A stretch of 64,000 bases of DNA from Mollicutes bacterium (GCA_012799635.1 JAAZKW010000034.1:9930-73929), one strand, 5' to 3'. Shown: positions 1 through 10,959, numbered from the stretch's first letter. The notes: a model not told the origin generated them from the letters alone. A program made the numbers and translations.

Positions 1-497
1 AATTCAACCTTTTTTTCTTTTTTAAGATCATCAATAATTTCTTCAAAAAATGATTTAGATACTTCCATAACTACATCGGAATACATTTGAATAAATCTAC
101 GATATGAATCATAAGCAAATCTAGGATTATTAGTCTTTTTTGCAAAACCTTCAACCGCTACATCATTTAAGCCTAAATTCAAAATAGTATCCATCATTCC
201 AGGCATTGATGCTCTTGCACCACTTCTAACTGAAAGTAACAGAGGATCTGATGTATCTCCAAATTTTTTACCTTGCAATTTTTCTAATTTTTTTAGATTA
301 TCAAAGATCTCTTTTTCTATTTTGTCAGAGATTTTTTCTCCATTATTATAGTAGTCTATACAAGCTTCAGTGGTAATTGTAAAACCTTGAGGTATAGGTA
401 ATCCTAAATTAGTCATTTCTGCTAAATTAGCCCCTTTTCCTCCTAATAAATTTTTTAATTCTTTGTTTCCTTCCGAAAACATATACACATACTTCAT
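1..497 (-). CDS. ppdK: Pyruvate phosphate dikinase, N-terminal part (runs off window edge; not in ORF track)
   Basis: Manual translation from ATG at 497: [39 protein letters not shown]...[27 protein letters not shown]; hallmark PPDK motifs; purine-rich AAGGAG RBS upstream. Confidence 0.96.
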   Translation of the reverse strand, partial: MKYVYMFSEGNKELKNLLGGKGANLAEMTNLGLPIPQGFTITTEACIDYYNNGEKISDKIEKEIFDNLKKLEKLQGKKFGDTSDPLLLSVRSGARASMPGMMDTILNLGLNDVAVEGFAKKTNNPRFAYDSYRRFIQMYSDVVMEVSKSFFEEIIDDLKKEKKVE

Positions 498-534
498 GTT
501 TGTTTTTCTCCTTCCTTGTATATTCTAACATATA

Positions 535-580
535 AAAAATACTAAGTAAATTAATATATTTCATTTTACTTAGTATTTTT
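535..580 (-). terminator. Inverted repeat, probable terminator of der
   Basis: Perfect 16-bp arms aaaaatactaagtaaa (535-550) / tttacttagtattttt (565-580) just after the der stop. Confidence 0.7.
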
Positions 581-585
581 AAATT

Positions 586-1887
586 TTAGTCATTTTTATT
601 TTTAAACTGTAATATTATAGGAGTTCCTTCTAAATCAACAGCTTTTCTTATCTCGTTTTCTAAATATCTTTTATAAGAAAAATGAACTAATCTTTTATTA
701 TTAACTTCAAATGTAATCTTCGGAGGCCTATATCCGGTTTGATGTACAAAATATATTTTTAATCTCTTACCTTTATATGATGGTGGATTATGCATTACTA
801 CAGCCTGGGTAATAATATCATTTAAAACAGATGTAGCTATTTGTTTACGATGATTTGTTACTGCTTTAATAATATTTGGCATTAATTCACCAATTCTCTT
901 TCTATTTTTTGCCGATACATAAACAGTATTTACATAAGATATAAATTTAAACTCTTCTTTAATAAGAAGATTCCATTCTTTTATCATTTCATTGGGTTTT
1001 TTTACTGTATCCCATTTATTCACTGCAATAACTAAAGCTTTTCCTGCTTCTAAAGCAAAAGAAGCAATATGTTTATCATGTTCTATTATTCCTTCTTCAG
1101 CATTAATAACAAGTACCACTACATCACTTCGATCAATTGCTTTTAGACTTCTAAGCAAACTATATTTTTCAATATTTTCATATATTTTACCTTTTTTACG
1201 AATACCCGCAGTATCAATAACAACATATTCCTCATTATTATATTTAAACTTAGTATCAACAGCATCTCTTGTTGTTCCCGCTTTATCTGATACAATTAAT
1301 CTATTGTCATTAATTAAAGTATTAATTAAACTACTTTTTCCTACATTCGGTCTACCAACAACACAAAACTTAATAATGGGATCCTCGATCACTGGAGTTT
1401 CCCTCATATCTTTTATGATTTCATTTAATAATTTATCAAAACCAATATTATGTTCCGCTGAAACTCCAATTACATTTTCAAACCCTAATTCATAATAATT
1501 ATATATGTTATTTGCTCTTTCTTTATTATCAAGTTTATTTACAACTACAATAACTTTTTTATTTGCTTTATGAAGCATTTCTCTAACATTTTTATCTTCA
1601 ATATCTATCTCAGCAGTTCCATCGACTACAAAAAGAATAATATCGGCCTCATCTATGGCAATATTAGCTTGAATTAAAACTTCATTATCAAACTCATTGT
1701 TATCGCTTGTTATACCTCCGGTGTCAATTAGATGAAAACTAATATCATTATATGTAACAATTCCATATATCCGATCTCTTGTTACTCCAGGAGTATCTAA
1801 TATTATTGCTTTTCTTTCTTTAATAAGACGATTAAAAATAGTACTCTTACCTACATTAGGTTTTCCTATTAAACAAACCGTTTTCAT
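586..1887 (-). CDS. der: Ribosome biogenesis GTPase Der/EngA
   Basis: Two tandem G domains (GKPNVGKS, DTPGVTRD, DTGG; GRPNVGKSS, GTTRD, DTAG, NKWD) plus C-terminal KH-like domain. Confidence 0.98.
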   Translation of the reverse strand: MKTVCLIGKPNVGKSTIFNRLIKERKAIILDTPGVTRDRIYGIVTYNDISFHLIDTGGITSDNNEFDNEVLIQANIAIDEADIILFVVDGTAEIDIEDKNVREMLHKANKKVIVVVNKLDNKERANNIYNYYELGFENVIGVSAEHNIGFDKLLNEIIKDMRETPVIEDPIIKFCVVGRPNVGKSSLINTLINDNRLIVSDKAGTTRDAVDTKFKYNNEEYVVIDTAGIRKKGKIYENIEKYSLLRSLKAIDRSDVVVLVINAEEGIIEHDKHIASFALEAGKALVIAVNKWDTVKKPNEMIKEWNLLIKEEFKFISYVNTVYVSAKNRKRIGELMPNIIKAVTNHRKQIATSVLNDIITQAVVMHNPPSYKGKRLKIYFVHQTGYRPPKITFEVNNKRLVHFSYKRYLENEIRKAVDLEGTPIILQFKNKND

Positions 1888-1953
1888 AATATTATCTCCT
1901 TTCTTTTATGAGCAAACCTCCTTATTTGCTTTAAGTATTACAATACTAAAATA

Positions 1954-2388
1954 TTATATTAGAAATTGAGGACAGATCGACTCATTTGCTCTAAGCACTT
2001 TTATAACTTCTTCTCCCAATAAAGAATTATCCTCGTAAACGCAAGTATAAACTCTTCGATTCACAAAATATAATGCGACTTCTAAATCTCGTAAACTATT
2101 ACCATTTACTTCATTATAAATTTCACCATCTGCTAAATCCGTTTCAATATAACCTTCATCAATAAGTTCTCCAATAGTTTTAATTGTCAGGCCACTTTTT
2201 ACTATTTCCATATTATCTTGTCCCCACTTGGAAACACCACCTAAAGCAAGACTTACTTTATCTGCAGTTGCTTTTACGTCAATATTTCTTTTAACAGCAG
2301 TTATTCCTACACCTCCTATTGTTGCCACAACACCTAGTATTACAATAACTGCTAGTAATTCTACTAACGTTAATCCTTTATTATTCAT
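1954..2388 (-). CDS. Type IV pilin-like protein (class III signal peptide)
   Basis: MNNKG|LTLVELLAVIVILGVV: Gly-1, Glu+5, hydrophobic helix; ComGC-like TIGELIDEGYI segment; C-terminal Cys pair. Confidence 0.9.
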   Translation of the reverse strand: MNNKGLTLVELLAVIVILGVVATIGGVGITAVKRNIDVKATADKVSLALGGVSKWGQDNMEIVKSGLTIKTIGELIDEGYIETDLADGEIYNEVNGNSLRDLEVALYFVNRRVYTCVYEDNSLLGEEVIKVLRANESICPQFLI

Positions 2389-2396
2389 ACTTCCTC

Positions 2397-2978
2397 CTAT
2401 AAATATTTTGATATTATTTCAAGCACTTCTTCTCGACCTTTTTTAGTCATACTAGAAAAAGGAATAAATTTATGATCATCATTTAATTTAAAAGTCTCAT
2501 TAAAATATTTATCTTGCTTTACTCTACCATTTTTAGTTATCTTATCATATTTAGTAGCAATAATATCAACATTTAAATTATAATATTTTAAATAATTATA
2601 CATTAATAAATCATCTTCTGAAGGTTTATGTCTATAATCTACAAGTAAAAAAACATGTTTTAAATTTTCTCTTGATTTAATATAATCTTCAATCATCATT
2701 CCAAATTTTCTTTGAGTATCCTTATTAACTGCAGCATATCCATAACCGGGAACATCAACTAAATAAAAAGCATTATTAATAAGATAAAAATTAAGCGTTT
2801 GAGTTCTGCCTGGTTTTGATGAAATACGAGCAAAGTTTTTCCTTTCAATAAGAGTATTAATAAAACTACTTTTACCAACATTACTTTTACCGACCAAAAG
2901 AAATTCTGCTTTGTCACCAGACGGATATTGACTAACTCTAACGGCAATTTTCGGTTCTTCTACTGAAGTAATTTTCAT
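2397..2978 (-). CDS. engB: GTP-binding protein EngB/YsxC
   Basis: GKSNVGKSS, SSKPGRTQTLNFY, DVPGYGYA, TKYDK. Confidence 0.96.
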   Translation of the reverse strand: MKITSVEEPKIAVRVSQYPSGDKAEFLLVGKSNVGKSSFINTLIERKNFARISSKPGRTQTLNFYLINNAFYLVDVPGYGYAAVNKDTQRKFGMMIEDYIKSRENLKHVFLLVDYRHKPSEDDLLMYNYLKYYNLNVDIIATKYDKITKNGRVKQDKYFNETFKLNDDHKFIPFSSMTKKGREEVLEIISKYL

Positions 2979-3036
2979 AACATATCACCTAATCAATATT
3001 ATATATTAAAAAACTTGCATTTTCAATTCTTTAAAA

Positions 3037-3954
3037 TTAAGCTAAATCTTCATTATTATCTAAATTAATTTTTTTATAATCTTTACCATCTAACTTAATA
3101 TCTAAAATATTATCTTGTAAAGTATATTCTAAGATTCCACCAGCTTCATCATAAAATGTTTTAATAACGCTTTTTAATTCTTGATTATATATATTTATTG
3201 TTTGATTTGAAAGAACAATTACATAATTTTTATATATATTACAATTATCAATAATATCTTCTGGGAACAGATCTTCTTTATTAAAATTAAATATTTTATA
3301 TTCCCCAACAGTAGATTTAGTAATAATCACTTTTGAATTATATTCATATATTGGTTCATTAAAGATTTGAGTTTGCTTGTTATTTAAAGTATCAATTAAA
3401 TAATAACCTGTTTCATCTTTAACAAGTACATATTCAGCTTCATTATCTAAATAACCAATATAATTATATCTAGTACTAATAGAAAAAAGATAAGTTTCTG
3501 TATTAAAAAGTCCAAAATAACCTTCTTTATTTTCAACAATTAAATATTTCTTATTTAATTTTCCACCATAATTAACAATACTTTTTACTTGTGAAATCAA
3601 TATATTATTCTTAATATTTTGAAAATAAATGTCTTCACCATCCTGAATAAAAGCATATGTATCATAGATATAAGTTTCATAATTATCTCCCACACTTATA
3701 TTCAAAGGTTCCTCTTCGATTAAAGAAGTTTTAGCTAAATGACAAGGATCATTTTTACAATCATATGTTCCTTGCAAATTCTTTCCATCATAAAAATATA
3801 ATTTATTTCCTATTCGAGGTAATCTTTTAGGATTTTCTCCTAAAAAGATTTTTTTATTGGCATTAAAAAAACCATAACCAGCAAGAGGAACAATTAGGAT
3901 AATTAGGATAAGCAAAAAAGGTAAAAATAGTCGATTATTTTTTATTTTATTCAC
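3037..3954 (-). CDS. Membrane-anchored beta-rich protein, paralog of the upstream 708-aa protein
   Basis: Likely GTG start at 3954 behind GGAGG, overlapping the upstream stop; N-terminal TM then GNKLYFYDG..GTYDC....CHLAK module. Confidence 0.8.
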   Translation of the reverse strand: MNKIKNNRLFLPFLLILIILIVPLAGYGFFNANKKIFLGENPKRLPRIGNKLYFYDGKNLQGTYDCKNDPCHLAKTSLIEEEPLNISVGDNYETYIYDTYAFIQDGEDIYFQNIKNNILISQVKSIVNYGGKLNKKYLIVENKEGYFGLFNTETYLFSISTRYNYIGYLDNEAEYVLVKDETGYYLIDTLNNKQTQIFNEPIYEYNSKVIITKSTVGEYKIFNFNKEDLFPEDIIDNCNIYKNYVIVLSNQTINIYNQELKSVIKTFYDEAGGILEYTLQDNILDIKLDGKDYKKINLDNNEDLA

Positions 3955-6073
3955 CTGCTCCTCCATCTTCTTTCTTAATAATAATTGAATTAGCATCTAT
4001 TATATATGTATAAATAGTCTCTTGACCACCAACATCTATTATTGTAATTTTTTTATTTTCGACATCTACTTTATATTCTTTATAATTTAAAGGTAAATCA
4101 ATACCTAAAGAAGGATAAGCAGTAGTATTGTTGTATTTATACAAGTATAATTTATTATTTTCTATTCCTAAATAAAAATCATTATATAATTTTAGAGAAC
4201 TAAATTTCTTATTAGGATCTGATGTAATTTTACCTTTATCAATATCATATAATAAATATTCTTTGTTTTTTGCATCATAAACTATTAAATATTTTCCATT
4301 CTTACTTATAATATCAAACTGACTTTGTACTACTTCAATTCCTTCCAAAGTATACAAATAATTATAAGTAGTTCTTTTAACAAGATAATAATCATTATCA
4401 AATCTACTTATTGATTTGGTACCATCTAATTTATTATTAATAGTTTCACCAAAATTAATTATTTTCTTAGGGCCATTTTCTTTTATTGTAATCATGCCAT
4501 AATTATTACTCATATTTTGGGCTGTAATATTCTTATCTGTGTTTTGAATATGAGTTATATTAGAACTTCCATAACCTGTATCAACGGCTTGATATTTAAT
4601 TAACACTTCTGTTTTTACAAAATCATACAGACTAATATTTATCAAACTACTTCCTGTCTGACAATCATATATTAAGGCATATCTATTAGAAATAATTGGA
4701 GCATAACCACTGTTGTTTTGATTTAATATACTTGATTCTTTAGCAATAAAACAATTAGTATATTCACTATTTGCATCAAAGATTTTATTTTTATTAGTAC
4801 AAGTATATTTCCCAAGTAGTTCAGTTTTTTCTAAGTCTTTATAAAAATATAAAATACCATCTGAATAATTAACATAATTATATTTTTTATTAACTAATGC
4901 TTCATAAACATTTATTTCTTTTGTATTTTTATCAGATAACTTAACTTTAAGAACCCCGTTTTCAAAGGAAAATTCATATGCCTTTAAAGTTTCAACAACC
5001 TCCCCTTTTTCATTAATTCTATTTAAAGGATTATAATACATACTATTTAATAAAATCCCTCTTTCATTAAGCTTAACTAAATTATTATCATATACTGTTA
5101 GTTTTCCTTCAGTAATAGTTATAACAAAATCGGTATAAAAATCAATATAATCAAAGGTAAGCTTTAACATATCATTTCCAGAGTAATCGTATAAATTATA
5201 TTTATTGTTGTATAATGAAATATACTTATCAGTAAATTTTCTTATTTCACCATCGGTTTTAGAACTTAATTCAACCCCTTCCTGATTAACTAAAAAGGAT
5301 GTCTCCCCTTCTTTTACAACAAAAACTTCATCATTATCAGAAATGCCTAAATAAGAATAATTAAATGGTAAAACAATTTTCATAGTTGATGTAGATATAT
5401 CTATTATTCCATATTTATCTTCAATATCTTTGGCAATTACATATTTTAAAGGATTTTTACTTAATTTAATAAGATTATATTTACCTAGAATTTTATTACT
5501 TTTTAAATCATATAAATTAATTACGTCACCATCTTGAATAAATACAAACATATTATTATAAATTTCAGAACTTAATTCTATTTCTTTATTATCTAAATCA
5601 ACTACCTTTGGAGCATCAAAAGTATCCTCGCTAGTAAATTTAGCAAGATAACATTTTTTTGCTTTTTTTACATTACATTCATATCTACCTATTTCATTAT
5701 TAGGGCCATCATAAAATATTAGTTTACCATTAACATATGAATAATTACTTGTTTTAACTATTACATCAAGTTTTTTAATTTTATTTTTTCTAATTACAAA
5801 GAAATATAATAATAGTCCTATTATAATTAAAGTTATTAAAGAAATACTAATCCAAAAAATAATTTTTCCTTTTTTAGAAAGTTTTTTATAAAAACAATCT
5901 TTTTTTACTTTCTCTTTATTTTTCTTATTTTTCTTTCCTTTTTTATTTGTATCATTACCAATAACAAGTTCATTTGTACTTTCTTTAATTTTTGCTATAT
6001 CTTCATCAAATAAAGTGTCTTCAATATCATTATTTAATTCTACAATAACGTTCTTATCTTCTTCATTATCCAT
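3947..6073 (-). CDS. Membrane-anchored beta-rich protein with internal duplication (WG-repeat/propeller-like)
   Basis: 708-aa ORF, acidic then Lys-rich N-terminus, one TM, two copies of a G.L.FY..G.Y.C..C..AK module, KYGIID/NYGMIT motifs. Confidence 0.8.
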   Translation of the reverse strand: MDNEEDKNVIVELNNDIEDTLFDEDIAKIKESTNELVIGNDTNKKGKKNKKNKEKVKKDCFYKKLSKKGKIIFWISISLITLIIIGLLLYFFVIRKNKIKKLDVIVKTSNYSYVNGKLIFYDGPNNEIGRYECNVKKAKKCYLAKFTSEDTFDAPKVVDLDNKEIELSSEIYNNMFVFIQDGDVINLYDLKSNKILGKYNLIKLSKNPLKYVIAKDIEDKYGIIDISTSTMKIVLPFNYSYLGISDNDEVFVVKEGETSFLVNQEGVELSSKTDGEIRKFTDKYISLYNNKYNLYDYSGNDMLKLTFDYIDFYTDFVITITEGKLTVYDNNLVKLNERGILLNSMYYNPLNRINEKGEVVETLKAYEFSFENGVLKVKLSDKNTKEINVYEALVNKKYNYVNYSDGILYFYKDLEKTELLGKYTCTNKNKIFDANSEYTNCFIAKESSILNQNNSGYAPIISNRYALIYDCQTGSSLINISLYDFVKTEVLIKYQAVDTGYGSSNITHIQNTDKNITAQNMSNNYGMITIKENGPKKIINFGETINNKLDGTKSISRFDNDYYLVKRTTYNYLYTLEGIEVVQSQFDIISKNGKYLIVYDAKNKEYLLYDIDKGKITSDPNKKFSSLKLYNDFYLGIENNKLYLYKYNNTTAYPSLGIDLPLNYKEYKVDVENKKITIIDVGGQETIYTYIIDANSIIIKKEDGGAGE

Positions 6074-6150
6074 AAGCTCACATCCCTATTTTTCTATTTA
6101 CAATTATAACACATAACATATTAAAATAAAACATATCTTAATACTTGATG

Positions 6151-7155
6151 TTACTTCTTAAAAACCTTATTTTTACAAGTTTCTTCTTTAATTAAAAGAT
6201 AGTTTTCATTTAATTCATTCATTATCTTATTAATATTCTTAAATACCGTTTCATTTTTCCCTTCAGTAGTTAAAATGCTTATATAATAAGGGTTTTTTGT
6301 ATATACAATGCCATTAAGATGAAAATAACTATCTGCATAACCATACTTAGATGCTGCTTTAATATCATCATATGCAAGGTAATTAAGGATGCTATTTATA
6401 AAATGTTCTTGCAACTCCATAGCATTATGAGTATTTGTTTGAAAATATTCATCTAAACTTTTGATATATATCATTGAATCATTAACATTAGTTGAACCAA
6501 AAAAATCATTATTACTAATATTTAAATACTTAACGCCAAGAGAATTTAAATATGAAATAAAATTGTTTATCCCTATATGATTTAAAAGCATTATATAAGC
6601 AGAATTATCGCTATATCTAATAGAATATTTAAGCAAAGATCTTATTGGTATATAACTATTAAGTTGGTGCTTTTTTGTTCCTTTTGAATTCTCATATAGA
6701 TAATCACTTGTATATTTAATTCCTTCATCTAAATTAATTATTCCTTCATCTGCTTTTAAATAATAGTATAAAGCAAGTGGCATCTTTCTAAGACTAGCAG
6801 CATAATATATTTTATCCTCATTATATTTAAATGAATAATTATTTTGAGGATTAAATAAATAAATGCTTGTTTTATATTTATTTAGATAATTTTTAATTTC
6901 TGCTTCTTTATTTAAAAGTTCTTCAGGTTTTTCTTCATCATTAAAAGGAAGATTAAGACATTCATTATACTGCTGCTCTTTAAGTTTTAATTTTTTCAAT
7001 AATTCATTTGCCACTTTATTTTCTTTAATTAATCGATTTGCGTTAATATTAATCTTAATATCATTAATAAATAAAAATAAGAATGTAAAAAAAACAATAC
7101 CAAGTATTATATATATATGTTTTCTAGTAAATGGTTTTAATTTAAACTTAATCAT
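6151..7155 (-). CDS. Membrane-anchored serine hydrolase, class A beta-lactamase/PBP fold
   Basis: SxxK (AASLRK), SDN (YSDN), KxG (ASKYG); N-terminal TM and coiled coil. Confidence 0.85.
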   Translation of the reverse strand: MIKFKLKPFTRKHIYIILGIVFFTFLFLFINDIKININANRLIKENKVANELLKKLKLKEQQYNECLNLPFNDEEKPEELLNKEAEIKNYLNKYKTSIYLFNPQNNYSFKYNEDKIYYAASLRKMPLALYYYLKADEGIINLDEGIKYTSDYLYENSKGTKKHQLNSYIPIRSLLKYSIRYSDNSAYIMLLNHIGINNFISYLNSLGVKYLNISNNDFFGSTNVNDSMIYIKSLDEYFQTNTHNAMELQEHFINSILNYLAYDDIKAASKYGYADSYFHLNGIVYTKNPYYISILTTEGKNETVFKNINKIMNELNENYLLIKEETCKNKVFKK

Positions 7156-7156
7156 T

Positions 7157-7861
7157 TTAAAAATTAATAAAATACCTAATTAATACTGGACCTAATATTA
7201 ATAATAAAATAAGGGGTATAAAAAAGATTACAGATATTATTGATATTTTAGTTGGAAGTCTATTTATTTGGGCTTTAATAGAAAGAATTCTTTTATCAGT
7301 AAGATATTCTATTTGATTATTTAATAAATCTACAATACTATTCCCATATTTATTTGACTCTATTATATTAAATAAAACATTATTAACTTCTTTTGATGGA
7401 ATTCTTTTTTTAGTATCATTTAATGCTTCAATTAAGCTTTTACCGTATTTCAATTCCTCTAAAGATATTTGTATTTCTCTAGAAATATTACTATCAATCG
7501 CTTTAGAAGTAATCTCAAAACATGTTTTTAAATTTTTTTCATGTTCAATTGTTAAAGCTAATACTTTAAAATAAAATACAGCTTCTTTCTCAAGCAATTT
7601 GCTTCGTTTTTTAATTTTTAAATCTAAAATTATATAATCGTATAAATAATAAACAATAAAACTAAATACCGGAGCCATTAGATATCCTTGGTGAGAAAAT
7701 AATAGTAATGTAAAAAAGGTTAACACTAAAAGAACTGTTTTTACATTTAAAAAAGTATTAATATTTATTTTATTATCTGATCCTAAAGCAATAATTTTTC
7801 TCTTAGTATTTTCTATTGTTGATTTGCGATAAACTTTATTTATTAAGATGCTTTTTTTCAT
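7157..7861 (-). CDS. tadC: Tad pilus platform protein TadC (T2SS F family)
   Basis: T2SSF-like GKSLIEALNDTKKRIPS, C-terminal P.KIS...FFIPLILLLILGP; follows tadB. Confidence 0.85.
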   Translation of the reverse strand: MKKSILINKVYRKSTIENTKRKIIALGSDNKININTFLNVKTVLLVLTFFTLLLFSHQGYLMAPVFSFIVYYLYDYIILDLKIKKRSKLLEKEAVFYFKVLALTIEHEKNLKTCFEITSKAIDSNISREIQISLEELKYGKSLIEALNDTKKRIPSKEVNNVLFNIIESNKYGNSIVDLLNNQIEYLTDKRILSIKAQINRLPTKISIISVIFFIPLILLLILGPVLIRYFINF

Positions 7862-8868
7862 ACTTCATCCACCTTCATAACTCTTTTGATAATAAATATG
7901 TATAAGAAGTACTGAACTACTAGTATTGCATCTATTACATAACCTGCTTTAGTATATATAAGAGGTTTAAAAAATTCTGGATTTAACATAACAATTAGAA
8001 AAACTAATACAAAAGGAACAATTAATAAAACATAATATAAAAGTTTGCTTGTTGCCAAAAGAGCATTAAGTTCGTTTTTAATTTTTAAGCGGTCATAAAA
8101 ATTGTTTTCTATCATATTAAATACCGATACTATATTACCTCCGGTTTTATTTAGTAATGCTAAAGATGAGGTAATCAGTTTTGCTTCTTCCAGATTAATT
8201 CTTTTATAAAATCTTTCAAACGCTGCTTCTACAGAAATACCATATTTTAAATCTTGATAAATAATATTAAACTCTGATTTAATGGGATTTGGTAATTCAG
8301 TTTTAACTATTTCAATAGCACCTAAAATATTTTTACCACTTTTAAAAGCACTATTCATAATTACTACGGCTTCAAGTAATTGTTCCGAAGTTAAATTTTG
8401 TCTTCTGGTATAAATGAAAAGAACAAAAAAGTCTATTAAAAAGAATCCAACAATTGAAATAATTATAAAATTATAAAAGTTAAAACTAATAATACGAAAT
8501 ATAATTGAAATAAAATATAAAAAGTCAATAAATAACATAACAATAAATTTTAAAGATATATAATCCATAGGTTCTATTGTATGTGATTCATCAAAAGCTA
8601 AATATTTAATAAAATGATTAGCATATTTAGTAAGGAATCGTGATTTACCTAAAAATGACGATATTTTTTTAATAATTTTATTTATATTACTAATAAATAC
8701 ATCGGTATATGAAAGGCCCACAATTTCATCACCATCAATTAAAAATGGCCTAAATCTTTTTTCGATTGATACACTTAAATAAAAGCGATAAATTATAAAA
8801 ACTAGTATTACCACTATAACACCTAACATTAAAGCAAATAATAATTGATTATTAATAGAACTAGTCAT
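7858..8868 (-). CDS. tadB: Tad pilus platform protein TadB
   Basis: QLLEAVVIMNSAFKSG, PNPIKSEF, G.SVEAAF, KTGGNI; follows tadA. Confidence 0.88.
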   Translation of the reverse strand: MTSSINNQLLFALMLGVIVVILVFIIYRFYLSVSIEKRFRPFLIDGDEIVGLSYTDVFISNINKIIKKISSFLGKSRFLTKYANHFIKYLAFDESHTIEPMDYISLKFIVMLFIDFLYFISIIFRIISFNFYNFIIISIVGFFLIDFFVLFIYTRRQNLTSEQLLEAVVIMNSAFKSGKNILGAIEIVKTELPNPIKSEFNIIYQDLKYGISVEAAFERFYKRINLEEAKLITSSLALLNKTGGNIVSVFNMIENNFYDRLKIKNELNALLATSKLLYYVLLIVPFVLVFLIVMLNPEFFKPLIYTKAGYVIDAILVVQYFLYIFIIKRVMKVDEV

Positions 8869-8879
8869 TTTTATCCTTT

Positions 8880-10199
8880 CTATTTAAACATATTTTTTAT
8901 TTCATCATAACCATAGGAGCTCATTTTTTCTAAACATTTTGGCTTTATCTTGTGCTTTTTATATACCCCATCTATTTCTTTGCTTTTTGTAACACCTATT
9001 TGTTCAAAAGTAAAGATATCATTTAATCTTATTTCTTCATTTTCAAAACCATCAACTTCACAAATAGCACTTATCTTTCTTTTACCATCAGAATATCTAT
9101 TCATATTAATAACGATATTAATAGCACTATTAATATATTCTCTAATAGCTTTAACAGGAAGTTCCATTGCTCCCATTAAAACCATTGTTTCAAGTCTATG
9201 TAAGGCATCTTTACAACCATTAGCATGAAGAGTGGTAATACTTCCTTCATGCCCTGTATTCATCGCTTGAAGCATATCAAAAGCTTCTTTATTCCTAACT
9301 TCTCCTACTATTATACGATCAGGTCTCATACGAAGAGAGTTTCTTACTAAATCTCTAATTGTAATTTCACCACTTTTTTCATAATTAGTTGTCCTTGTTT
9401 CAAGACTTATTACATGAGGTTGCGTTAAACGAATTTCTGCAGCATCTTCAATAGTAATTATTCTTTCATCTTCATTTATAAAGGCACTTAAAACATTTAA
9501 TAATGTTGTTTTACCTGATCCTGTTCCACCACAAACAATTATATTTAATTTAGATTTAACTGCAGCTTCCAAAAATACTGCCATCTCTGTTGTTAAAGAA
9601 CCAACTCTTAATAATTCTTCAATATTATTCATTGATTTTTTAAATTTTCTTATTGTCATAACAGGACCTTTAGTAGATAACGGTGGAATTACGGCATTTA
9701 TTCTAGAACCATCTTTTAATCTTGAATCCACCATAGGACTTGAAGAATCAATTGTTCTTCCCATTGGCTCAACTAATCTTTGAATAGTTCTGATAATATG
9801 CTCATCATTAATAAATGATATACTATCATCTTTAATAAGATTTCCTTCAAGTTCTATGTATATTTCATGAGGTGAATTAACCATTATTTCTGTTATATTT
9901 TCGTCTTTTAAAAGTTCAGTTAAGGGACCATACCCTTTTATTTCATTATCAATCAAATTAAATAAATGATTTTTTTCAAGACTACTTAAATTATATTCAG
10001 CAATAGCTTTATCAATCTGAAAATTTATAAAATCTTCCACACTATCATCTGTAACATTATTATCAATAATATTTTCAACTATCTTCATTCGAAGACTATC
10101 AAGTAAATCTTTATCTTCAAAAACTTCATAATCATTTACTAAGCTAGTATTACTTTTTATTTGATCATATTTAAATGCTTCTCTTAAATTACTTTTCAT
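8880..10199 (-). CDS. tadA: Tad pilus ATPase TadA/CpaF
   Basis: GYGPL..LL.D..ITEIMVN, Walker A GGTGSGKTT, LRMRPDRIIVGEVR, AMNTGHEGS.TTLHAN. Confidence 0.96.
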   Translation of the reverse strand: MKSNLREAFKYDQIKSNTSLVNDYEVFEDKDLLDSLRMKIVENIIDNNVTDDSVEDFINFQIDKAIAEYNLSSLEKNHLFNLIDNEIKGYGPLTELLKDENITEIMVNSPHEIYIELEGNLIKDDSISFINDEHIIRTIQRLVEPMGRTIDSSSPMVDSRLKDGSRINAVIPPLSTKGPVMTIRKFKKSMNNIEELLRVGSLTTEMAVFLEAAVKSKLNIIVCGGTGSGKTTLLNVLSAFINEDERIITIEDAAEIRLTQPHVISLETRTTNYEKSGEITIRDLVRNSLRMRPDRIIVGEVRNKEAFDMLQAMNTGHEGSITTLHANGCKDALHRLETMVLMGAMELPVKAIREYINSAINIVINMNRYSDGKRKISAICEVDGFENEEIRLNDIFTFEQIGVTKSKEIDGVYKKHKIKPKCLEKMSSYGYDEIKNMFK

Positions 10200-10956
10200 C
10201 TTTTACCCCCATTAAATCCACACAAATATTAGTAAATGCAAGAGATGCTCTGGGATAACTTTTAGCAAAATTTGATTCTAAAGTTAAAATCTTACCATCT
10301 ATTAAATAATTATCGTAATTTTTTATATAAAAGTTTGTTCCTAATGTGTAATCAATGTTACATTTCATAATATTTCTTAAATCAAACAAACTGAAATAAC
10401 TCTTATGAGGATATACTGAATTATTAAGTAATACTTTATACTTAGTTAAATTATTTTCTTCGAATATCTTTAACAAATTATACATATTTTTAATATTAAC
10501 TAAGTCATTACAACAAACTAATAATATTTGATCAACAATATCAAGAACAGTTATATTAAATTCATTTAAATTGTGATTAAGATCCACTAAAATATAATCA
10601 TATTCATAAAGAGCATTAGTAATTATATGCTCAATATGTTTTGACGATACCTTAACTCCTTGTCTTGGATCTGAAGGTGCGGCTAAAAAAGAAATATATT
10701 CATTATATTTTGTTGCATAATTATCTATTGCCTTAAATCTATTATTAGTATAATCATCAACAAAATTATATATTGATTTTTTAAAAGACCTATTTAAAGA
10801 TGTTCCTACAGCACCACTTGTTAAATCAAAATCAATAATTAAAACTTTTTTATTCATACCAGCAAAAACACCAGCAACATTTAAAAGAACTGTCGTTTTA
10901 CCAACGCCTCCTTTAGTTGAAAATACACATAAACTTTTTCCTTTGCTTTTTCCCAT
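10189..10956 (-). CDS. tadZ: TadZ/CpaE-like MinD/ParA ATPase without receiver domain
   Basis: Deviant Walker A STKGGVGKTT, VLIIDFD, YDYILVD; directly upstream of tadA. Confidence 0.8.
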   Translation of the reverse strand: MGKSKGKSLCVFSTKGGVGKTTVLLNVAGVFAGMNKKVLIIDFDLTSGAVGTSLNRSFKKSIYNFVDDYTNNRFKAIDNYATKYNEYISFLAAPSDPRQGVKVSSKHIEHIITNALYEYDYILVDLNHNLNEFNITVLDIVDQILLVCCNDLVNIKNMYNLLKIFEENNLTKYKVLLNNSVYPHKSYFSLFDLRNIMKCNIDYTLGTNFYIKNYDNYLIDGKILTLESNFAKSYPRASLAFTNICVDLMGVKDEK

Positions 10957-10959
10957 ATT

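Noticed and set aside
6151..7155. Beta-lactam resistance gene
   Set aside because: Fold motifs are present, but no evident Glu166 equivalent, and it is membrane-anchored in a pilus operon; resistance cannot be claimed
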